Below are positions 53,715-64,000 of a stretch of 64,000 nucleotides of DNA, piece after piece. Source of the stretch: Octopus sinensis. Its lineage: Eukaryota. A program made the position numbers and the translations under genes. The notes under the pieces were generated by a model. That model was not told the origin of the DNA, made no database searches, and was given only the letters and a program-made list of their open reading frames with translations. The first letter of the stretch is position 1. Every line of letters starts with the position of its first letter. The stretch is taken from assembly GCF_006345805.1 (NCBI RefSeq), contig NC_043008.1, forward strand, positions 23,622,001-23,686,000, given 5' to 3'.

Positions 53715-54163
53715 CATCTTAGGGAATACCAAACATCGTATGATCAACACATGATCAACACCCCTAGGCGTTAAATACTCGTAGGGATAGTTTTCTCTGT
53801 AAGCACAACCTGAATATTTTACTGGATATACTCCAGTACCCAGTATATCTATTCGACTAACCTGGTGCATATCATTTAAGTACCCGATTCTCTCCAGAAT
53901 ACTTAATATTACACACACACATACACACACACACACAGAGAGTATTATTCGGTTGAGATATAATAGAATAAACTTATTTTCATGATGTAATTCAGAGTGT
54001 AAGTCAGCATTTCACCAAACCTTTCTACCATTTCTGCTAGTACACAGCCTAATAATAATTTCCAAAATAGTCGCATTTTGAAAGAGGATTCAATAATAAT
54101 AATAATAATGATAATAATAATAATAGTAAACATAATAATAATAATAATAATAATGATAATAAC

Positions 54164-54243
<80 letters not shown>

Positions 54244-54390
54244 TGATGATGATGATGATTAGTGATTGAGAAAAGAAATCGTGAGTGGCAGTAGAATCCG
54301 GTTGTCCAGTTGAAAATAATGTGAATAATGTAAAAGATAAAAGAGATAACAGTAACAATTTTCTATTGAATTAAAGAGAAACTTGCAGAG

Positions 54391-54393
<3 letters not shown>
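53256..54393 (+). repeat. About 140-bp direct repeat pair (53256-53396 and 54254-54393)
   Basis: gattgagaaaagaaatcgt...ggttgtccagttg...gcagaggtt occurs twice. Confidence 0.85.
54090..54260. repeat. (TAA/TGA)n microsatellite
   Basis: Direct inspection. Confidence 0.95.
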
Positions 54394-54456
<63 letters not shown>

Positions 54457-54457
<1 letters not shown>

Positions 54458-55240
54458 TTTCAAATTTTGGCACAAGTCCAGCAACTTCGGGGGATGCGTA
54501 AGTCAATTACATCGACTCCAGTGTTTTAATGACCCAGAAAAGATGAAAGGTAAAGTCGACCTCATTGGAATTTGAACTCAGAACGTGAAGAACGACGAAC
54601 TGCTGCTAAGCATTATAACCGATGTGCTAACGATTTTATCTGTTCACTGCTTTTCAATAATAATAATAATCCTTTCTACTAAAGGCACACAGCCCGAACT
54701 TTGGTGTGTGGGTGGTGGGATAGTCGTTGACATTGACCCCAGTGTTTCAGTGGTACTTAACTTATCGACCCTGAAAGGATGAAAGGCAAAATCAACCTCG
54801 GCGGAATTTGAACTCACAACGTCAAGGTGACCGAAATACTTATTTCTTTATTACCCACAAGGAGCTAAACATAGAGGGGACAAACAAGGACAGACATAGG
54901 TATTAAGTCGATTACATCGACCCCGGTGTGTAACTGGTACTTAATTTATCGACCCCGAAAGGATGAAGGGCAAAGTCGACCTCGGCGGAATTTGAACTCA
55001 CAACGTAAAGGCAGACGAAATACTGCTATGCATTTCGCCCGGCGTGCTACCGTTTCTGCCAGCTCGCATTTTACTCGGAGCGGTAACGATTCTGTCAGCT
55101 CACCAATGATAGTAATTCTTTATAATTTTAGTAAAAAAGCCAGAAATTTTGAAGGAGGGAGCACGTCGACATCATAGGCCCCAGTAGTCGACTCTGAAAA
55201 AGCGAAAGGCAAAGCTGGTCTTGGCTGGATTTGAATTCAT
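54457..55240 (-). mobile_element. Cluster of four to five same-orientation SINE family B copies
   Basis: aaggatgaaaggcaaagtcgacctcggcggaatttgaactca recurs at about 54545, 54775, 54960 and 55200, with different degrees of decay. Confidence 0.88.
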
Positions 55241-57447
55241 GACCGAAACAAAGAGCACAAACCACTTCTCCGATACTCATACGAATCAACCTGATAATAA
55301 TGATACCTTTGTTAGATAGAAAACAAACAGCATAAAAATGACAGATATAAACATTGTGAGGGTTTACATAATATGTTTTCTAATATGTGAGGGAAGGAAA
55401 TTTTCGACAGGCCTGGTCGACCGAGGTGCAACGTAGTAACATCTTTTGATGGTGTGGAATGTGCCGCGTACTACTCGATTCTAAGCGGTGGATTATTCGA
55501 AAAATCCACTCAATAGAGCCAGTCACATGTAAAAGTTTGAGCAGTTTTGCGAAGCTTTTACACCCGCTTCTCTTATAGTCTAGTCCGTCATATTCTCATT
55601 GTATGTGTAAGATACTCTTTCAGTCACTCACTCGTACTAGAGAGCGGGACATTTCCAAGATCGTTTTCAGATGCCTGAAACTTACACTCCGAGTCTAGTA
55701 AGAGCGCTCGTACCTCGAGATCCTGACTTTTCTAGAACAAGCCACTCCTCTCGATCCAAGTCAGTTTTGGGATTCAGATATCTCATAACTGTCATGGAAG
55801 GGAGTCAGTATGTGCGTGTCGGAAATCCTGGTCTCCGTGATACAGCGAGATCTAATGATATGAGGGACATGATTTAGTCTCTGCCAATTCTGTTTGTGAG
55901 TGGATTGAGCTTTTGAGTGGTTAGATTTCCTTATCGCTCTCTGGATATCTGATTGGATTTTATCTGTTCACTACCTTTCAATAATTATAATAATCCTTTC
56001 TACTAAAAGTATTGAAATAGCTGTCTAGTTAGGGGGTGCGTATTTTTCGTTTTGCATTCGTTTCTTTGTATTTGGGGATTCATTTTCGTGAAATAGCTAA
56101 TATTTGCATTTTCTTGTTGTAGTACGGGTCTGTTACTTAAATTCTTACGATCATATGGATGATGTGATCGTTATTAGTGTTGTTCTTAATGTTATTAATG
56201 ACTCTTTTTACTGCTTGATTATTTTTTTGTGGCTTATGTTGCATACAAATGTTTTCATAGTACTGAGTTTTATTTTCAGTTGTGTGTGGTGTTGGTATAT
56301 AGTGTGACTGATTGTCTCTGATTTTATGAGGTTAGTTATTTTTGGTAAATAATTTGATTTGTAATTTTTAAAATTGTCCCGCGGGATATGCACTTTGTTT
56401 GTGCCTATAATTATTTCGTTGGATCTACGTGGATAATTGTAGTTTATTTGAATTGTAAAAAAAAACCCACTAATTTTATTTCTCTTATTATTGCTATTGC
56501 TATTAGTGATCATAATTGTCTATTATTAATGCCACATTCTTAGAATATTTCTTCAAATCGCCGTTTTCTCCCAAGGTGCCAAAGATGACGTCACAAGAAT
56601 TCTTTCCACGTGAAAAATGTCAGTGTTATTAGATTAACTTTATTAAATGATATTTATTAAAAGTTTAATATAATTCTATTATTTGAAGATTAGCGAATAT
56701 ACATGTGTGCATATATATTCGGAAATGTCTATTGTGTGAATGTATGTGTGTTTGAGTGTGTGTATTTGTTTCGTTATTGGAATGCATGTATGTATTGCTT
56801 TAATTTTGAAAGAGGCCATATATATAATATTCTCTATGTATATGTGTGTATACGTATGCTCATACACAGAAGCACACACATACATGTATAAGTATGTATA
56901 TGTATATCTATACATATATATACTTACAGATATATGCATCTATATTTGAATTTGTACATGTATGTATATATGTATGTATATGTACCTCTTTTTCTCCACA
57001 CACTCACTGACGCACGTACCCACGCGCGCACACAAATGTGCGCATGCACGCACACATGCATACACACACATACGCACACACACACACACATACATATAAA
57101 CTTTCGTTGTAATGATAAATATTGATATGTATTTTTATATGGGGTTGTGTACGGTTAGATATGTGTGCTTACAAAACTTATGAAATGCTTGTAGGAATAT
57201 TTGGGCTTATAAGAATTTCATTTCTTTACAGTGTGATTTCGAGTTTGGTCCCACTGCGTGGATATTAACCAGTCGTCTAAATTTTTGAGTCTGATACTCT
57301 AGAAAAGCTTCAGGTGTACATACCAAGCAAATGCACTTATCAGTGTAAGCGTATATAACTTATCAGTGTAAGAATATATGCCACATGCTTCTGATATGTG
57401 GACTAACGAAATCACGTGTTTAAACGCTTCTAATTGAAAAAACACCA

Positions 57448-57529
<82 letters not shown>

Positions 57530-58542
57530 TCCTTTATCTTTTACCTGTTTCAGAGCTACCTTACCGGTTTCAATTAATAAACATGAACTGCATCCATACA
57601 CACTTACATGCAAAAATACATATATACATTATATATATGTATACAAATATACAAGCATATATATATATATATATATATATATACAAGAAAGAGAAAATTC
57701 CTTCAATGAAGTGAAATACATTCAATTCAATGGTACATCAGTTGAATACCACGGAAATAGAGGTATGAATACAAAAATACAAGCAATAAATTAATTCGAC
57801 AATCTAACAATTTATTTGCAATATAATATAATATTTATATATTATATATTATAATGTAATATAAAATAACACAATATAAACAATTATTAAAAAGCCAAAA
57901 TATCCAACAATTTCGTTCGACTTATATACATTATTTGATTTATATACAATTCATATCCATGTATACAAGTCTCTTCAAGGTTTTGGTCCAAAAGACAGAC
58001 GATATTCCATGTAAAACGACTGCCAGATTGCAAAATACTGATTCAAAATGCTTATGTTTAAGAGCGTGAGCGTTAACTATTCAAATACATAACAAGTACC
58101 ACTAAAGAATAAAAATAATGGATAATATAATTAGGTAAAGAAAATCCATAACTTTCAAAACGTTTCTTTATATCTCCAATCGCTAGCTATTTTGATAATA
58201 TATGATAATAACAAAATATAAATCAATGAAGTATCAGAGTCCTATTTAGTTTAAGAGACAGTAATAAACAAAATTGTCACAAACTATTGCTCAGTTTCAT
58301 GTGAGTATGTATGCTCCTGATGTGAGTATGTGTAAATATCTCATTTATTTCCCTAAGTATGCTTTGCTGATGAGGAAAAGTTATTGGGCTAATTCAGAAA
58401 TTGATCAATTCAAGGTTAAATATTTTATGAATTTCTTTGAGCCTGCTCCTTCGATTTCAACACGTTGTATACAAGTGATAATTTTTTTTAATGGTTTGAT
58501 GATTTAACGTCCGCTTTCAGCATATGCATGGTCTTTTCTATG

Positions 58543-58648
<106 letters not shown>

Positions 58649-58785
58649 CTAGTTTCGCACGCATATACATACGCATATTCCCACACGCTCACAAATACGG
58701 ATATGCATACTGTATACTGTACTCTACTACTTTCTTAACAGAAACTATATATATATATATATATATATAAATGTGTGTATATATA

Positions 58786-59199
58786 CGTGCTGGCGTGGCA
58801 ATGTCGTAAGACATTTGCTTCCCAACCACATAATTTTGGGTTCAGTCCCACTGCATGGCATCTTGGGTAAGTGTCTTCTACTATAGCCTCGTGCTGACCA
58901 AAGCCTTGTGAGTAGATCTGGTAGACGGAAACTGAAGGAAACCATATATATATATATGTATGTGTGTGTGTATATATATGTATATTTTTGTGTGTCTGTG
59001 TTTATTCCCCCACCACCATCGTTTGGCAACTGATGGTGGTGTGATTACGTCCCCGTAATCTAGTGTTTCGGTAAAAGAAACCGATGGAATAAGCACTAGG
59101 CTTACAAAGAATGAGTCCTGGGGTCGATTTGTTCGACTAAAGCTGTGCTCCAGCAGGACCGTAGTCAAATGACTGAAACAAGTGTAAGAATAAAAGAAT
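58786..59199 (+). mobile_element. SINE family A, full length
   Basis: All segments are present, including the aagaataaaagaat tail. Confidence 0.9.
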
Positions 59200-59225
59200 G
59201 TATAAAATTAATATAAAGAGCAGTT

Positions 59226-59702
59226 TGCAATGATTCACCAAAAAGGAGATTCATAATTGTCACTAAATGTGACTAGTGTGTTAGAAACGCCTACATTGCT
59301 AGAAATGAGAGCCAAAATGCTCTAGTGCTGTAGTCAACGTACATAAATGTAAAGATATGTTCTAGCAGAGACCTTAATCGGCCAAAATATACCGATTGAG
59401 AATTCCTTATACTGACGTCAGTTTCAGCAGTTTCCGTTGCCTCATCAGTTGGGACTGGCTCGAACTTTGGTTCTTGTCAGACTCGCTTCCCTATTAGTAT
59501 ATATATTTTTGTCATGTAAACCAATGGATTATCTAGCGATTCGTTTATATGTACACATAAAATTAATATAAACAGCATTATGCAATGTTTCACTCAAATC
59601 AAAAATTATGATTGTCACTAAATGTGACTGGGGTGTTTGAAGCACATATATTGCCAGAAATAAGAGCTAAAATGCTCTAATGTGTCAACACACAAATGTA
59701 AA
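59226..59702. repeat. Direct repeat with 355-bp period (59226-59353 and 59581-59702)
   Basis: tgcaatg-ttcac...attgtcactaaatgtgact...gagc-aaaatgctcta-tg...gtcaac...aaatgtaaa occurs twice. Confidence 0.85.
59404..59453 (-). ncRNA. Candidate type I hammerhead ribozyme
   Basis: CTGATGA-ggca(acggaaac)tgct-GAAA-ctgacgtca-GTA. The core is canonical and stem III is palindromic, but stem I is weak. Confidence 0.45.
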
Positions 59703-60104
59703 TACACACACACACACACACACACACATTTATACATGCATACATGTATGCATATATGTATTCATATGTATTTGCGTATATATATATATCTAATGTATAG
59801 AGTGTTTGAAGTGGTGTACAGATATTGTATGTTGAGAAAAAGGAGGCAGTCAGAATTGTGGATAATTCTTTATTAGCGCTTTCGTTTATCGAACTTGTCA
59901 AGACAAAATCAAGGTGATAAAAACAGAACGTTTCGTTGTTCATTTATATGAATCGGATGTCTTCTTGGTTTGAGGAAAATCTCTTTGTTTGTGTAAAATG
60001 GGGGAAAGAGAGAAATGAAAGCAAAGAGAGAGGTTCCAGGATAATCAAGAAACAGGAAATAAGTAAAGGATGGTGAAAGCATAGATAGATAGATAGATAG
60101 TTAA

Positions 60105-60146
<42 letters not shown>

Positions 60147-61806
60147 AAGCGGTTTCTTTTCAATTTGATGTGGTTAACCCATTGAAATTGCCTTATAAAG
60201 CATTTTCTTTTCTCTTTTACGCTTCCTCCTCTTTCCCTTCTCATTGTATACCTATCAACATATTTGTAAATAGATACATTTTCTCACAAGAGCTAGGTAA
60301 CCTTTCTAAGATATCAATTTTAGGAAGTAGGATTGGAAAGATAAGGAAAGAGGGGAAAGTGCGGTCATCACTGAAAGATAAAAAATAATTCAAAGTTCAA
60401 TGAAAATATATATTCCTTTACACTTGTATAGTCTAACTCCATATTCTGTGTTATTCCTGCACGAACGAACAATAAAATATTCATAAATTAGGTAAATAAA
60501 GTCAGAATATAAAAATTGATTTGAGTTAGGTACTGTTTATAATTCAATCTATTCTCTATGTACATTTAATCAAACATCATAAATGAGTTTTGAAATAACA
60601 TGTGTATTGTATATTTAGCTGGAAGCTACTCTGTAGGATATAAATTATATAACAAAGAAGGGCTTGCTTAAATATATTTTTGAGTATCTTTCCTCGTTTT
60701 ACAGGGTTTATTTATCTTTTTCTTGTTTGCTTGGATAAGATAATTCAAAAGAGATCTTTTTCACGAATTACTTTGTTATGTATCTACACTAATCAGTGGT
60801 AATATGGTTCTAGTATTCTTTCTATAGAACAACAGTTGTCAAAGTCCCAATGTTATATATATATATATATATACAACCGTTTATAGAGATATGTATCACG
60901 TTATTAACACTGGAGCCACATTCAGAAATAACAGTAACAGTGTAATATAAATGTTTTCTCTTCATCCATCATCATTACTATAAAAAATAGAATAAAGTAG
61001 TAAAATGACCAAAAGCACAAAAATATTTTTCTCCTCTTCTAAACAAAGAAAAAAAAACATCCGATTCATATAAATGAACAACGAAACGTTGTTTTCATCA
61101 TTTAGATTTTGTCTTGACGAGTTCGATAAACAAACAAAATCGGAATTCCATTTCAGACAAGGATAAATATACAAAATCAAATCTAACTTCATTTGCGCCT
61201 CCCAAAACCTCATTTACGTAATTAGATGCTGGAGCTACCATCGAAACTATATTGGCTCAAAAAGAAATTCGACCTGACAGTCCGCAGACAACAAATTTTC
61301 TCCTCACAATATCGCCAAATATATCTCAGTCAATACATTAACAAATGTGCATAACGATTACAACCACAATTCGTAATTTTCCCATTTTGTCAACTTGCCT
61401 TCTGGACCTCAACACAAGTAACACTGAATGAAGGAGCTTCATTTATCAAAAAATATAAATCAGAATTAAATATGAATCCATATTAAAAATAAGACTTACT
61501 CCACATGGAAGATATAAGCCAGAATAAAGTAGAGAACACAAAAAAATAGGCAAAAAATGAAAATTACAGATTTAGCTCTCCTTTACTGCAAACTAAAAGA
61601 GTGAACAATTATCTCTCCTAGCAATATCCCCCACGACTATCAATTTATCTATTTCAACTCTCAGTTTGATGAGCAATGCGAAATCGGTCCTTACTTCAAT
61701 TATGATGAAAGGACAAAACATTATTTTGTACAAGATTGTATATATTTATTGTCATGGCTCGAATGTACTCTTAAATTCTGTGAAACTAATTTTCTATGTT
61801 TTTTCT

Positions 61807-61889
<83 letters not shown>

Positions 61890-61921
61890 CACATACACAC
61901 TCACACACATATACCTATATA

Positions 61922-62141
61922 GACGCAGGCGTGACTCTTTAGTAAGAAGCTTGTTTCCCAACCACATGGTTTCAGGTTCGGTTCACTGCATGGGCAAGTG
62001 TCTTCTAGTATAGTTTTGGCCCGACTAAAGCCTTGTGAGTGGATTTGGTTGACGGAAACTGAAAGAAGCCGTCGTAAATATATATAAGATAAACTTACTT
62101 GGAAATGGATGTGTGGCGTCCAATCAAATAATAATTATATA

Positions 62142-62210
<69 letters not shown>

Positions 62211-62450
62211 TGTATGTATGTATGTATGTATGTATTCATATATATGAATATATTCATGTGAGTGTGTTTTTGTGTCTGTGTTTGTCCCCACCATCGCTTG
62301 AGAACCGCAAAAGAGATTGTTAGAATAAGTACTAGGCTTACAAAGAATAAGTCCTAGGGTCTAATTGTTTGACTAAAAAACCCTTCAAGGCGGTGCTCCA
62401 GTTTAGCCGCAGTCAAATGACTGAAAGAAGCAAAAGAATAAAAGAAGAAT
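61922..62450 (+). mobile_element. SINE family A, full length with expanded internal microsatellite
   Basis: Head, core and tail match the other copies. Confidence 0.9.
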
Positions 62451-62459
62451 ATCTATCTA

Positions 62460-63340
62460 TCTAAGTCGTCCCTCAGGATGCTATAAGACGTTTTCATACG
62501 TTTTCCCCCATTCATCTCGATCTTCCATAATGGTCTTCAACTCCTGTACCCCTTCCATACCAGTATCCTCCGGCAAGTTCTCGATATAGGTCATTTTCTC
62601 CTTCCTCTCCTGGTTCTACCTTCCGCTTGTCTGAGCACTAACTTGTTAGCAATTTCATCGGTATGTCTGATGCAGTGTCCAGCTAGCCTCATCCTTCTAT
62701 GTTGTATCTTCAATGTTACTATTGGTAGTTCCTGGTATAAGTCAGTGTGTGTTGTATGACTCTTGCAGAAGACATTGAGTGCCATATAACAATCACCCAA
62801 CTGCTTCTTCAATGCTTTAGCCCCGTATAGAAGAACATGTTTCAACCCCGTATAGAAGAGCAGACTCCACTGTTGCCAGAAACAACCTTAGTTACAATTT
62901 CCGTGCTAACTTTGAACTCCATACCTTTATCAATTTATGGCATGCGCTCCAGGCATGAGTTTTCCTTACTACGATGTCTATTTCAGTACTTTGTGTCCAC
63001 ACACCAAGGTATTTGAAATTTTCAACTATCTTGAGCGACTTACCGTCTCCCACTTTCACTGACACAAGCATTTCGTGGTTGAATACTTGCAGCTCTGTTT
63101 TCTTTGCGTTACTGTACAATCCTACCTTCCCCAATTCCTGCTCTAATCTGATCAGCACCTCCTGTGACTGATCTGTCCTCTCAGTTAGTAATACCAGGTC
63201 ATCAGCATAGCCTAGGTCAGTTACTGTTACTGCTTGATGCCGTCTAGTTCTTTGGCTATGCAGTTTGAATGCCAGTTCTTCTTCCTTGTCCTCGTACGTT
63301 CTATGCATTACGTAGTCCATAACTGGAGACCTAAGAAAAC
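62460..63340 (-). mobile_element. RTE-group LINE RT 3' portion
   Basis: DLGYADDLVLL, NAKKTE, FKYLG, AWSACHKL.KVW, VES.LLYG, RRMRLAGHCIRH, GRTRRGR. Confidence 0.88.
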
Positions 63341-63770
63341 TAAATTCGAAGAAAATGGAAATTATAGATAAGCAAGAACAATATTCTTTCAAAATGGCCT
63401 GAAGTTTATCGAGAATTACAATCGTGATAATAATAATTTCCTTTATTAGAGGTAATAATAATATAATACATAATGAGTGTTCATGATTAAAAAATACCGG
63501 TTTGTTAATATTGCGTCACAGTCTCTCATTATTTTTTCTGTGATTTATGCAACTAAAACACCCTGTTTCTTAATGCTTGTGCTATTATAAAGAAAGGTAA
63601 AGAAATCCACAGAACAAATATCCCAACAGTTAATATACGATATTGGTACATGTTATCATTAGTAACATTTCAAAACATCTTCCAGTACAGCATGAAGCTG
63701 TTTGCCATTTCTCTACACTACATGTTACTGCACAGCCCTGCATCACATTACAATATATGTTGTGTATACC

Positions 63771-64000
63771 CTTTACTCTTTTACTCTTTTACTTGTTTCA
63801 ATCATTTGATTGCGGCCATACTGGAACACCGCCTTTAGTCGATCAAATCAACCCCAGGACTTATTCTTTGTAAGCCTAGTACTTATTCTATCGGTCTTTT
63901 GCCGAACCGCTAAGTTACGGTGACGCAAACACACCACCATCGGTTGTCAAGCGATGTTGGGGGGACAAACACAGACACACAAACATATACACACATATAC
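63771..64000 (-). mobile_element. SINE family A, 3' half (runs off the window)
   Basis: Reverse of the tail and 3' domain. Confidence 0.9.

Noticed and set aside
54260-54358. Signal-peptide-like MLLLSLLSFTLFTLFSTG
   Set aside because: It starts at TTG, lies in a duplicated repeat and runs into (TTA)n.
54960-55068. tRNA genes
   Set aside because: A/B-box-like heads continue into SINE bodies, and no complete cloverleaf is evident.
55356-55980. Possible solo LTR (TG...CA, higher complexity)
   Set aside because: No matching TSD, second LTR, PBS or PPT was found, so the support is insufficient.
56208-56513. 101-aa minus-strand ORF
   Set aside because: It is N/K/I-biased AT-rich sequence with no identifiable domain.

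Overview
This is an AT-rich, microsatellite-dense, transposon-dominated eukaryotic window. It is probably from an octopus or another coleoid cephalopod, inferred from the SINE families, the repeat landscape and the peptide type. The only clear host gene is a 660-bp terminal coding exon on the minus strand (33699-34358). It encodes a multi-copy neuropeptide precursor with seven tandem amidated xFDSIxxxxFxxM/L-G-KR peptides plus two divergent ones, resembling the pedal-peptide/orcokinin superfamily. Its signal-peptide exon is not identified with certainty. The rest is decayed mobile DNA: L1/Tx1-like, R4/Dong-like, HERO-like and RTE-like LINEs, two tRNA-derived SINE families, a Tc1 element, two Helitrons, a Mutator-like element with a 9-bp TSD, MITE/foldback elements and Penelope-like elements (PLEs). 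Notable structures are: (1) a nest in which a Helitron carrying a LINE ORF1 fragment sits in a Tc1 transposase, and excising it restores the Tc1 C-terminus exactly; (2) a 3-kb PLE palindrome with a C3U/G8A minimal hammerhead ribozyme in each arm; (3) several other hammerhead-like motifs, one inside a 355-bp-period retrozyme-like repeat; (4) a same-orientation stack of R4/Dong fragments separated by (TAA)n tracts. All family assignments come from motif recognition by eye; no database searches were run.
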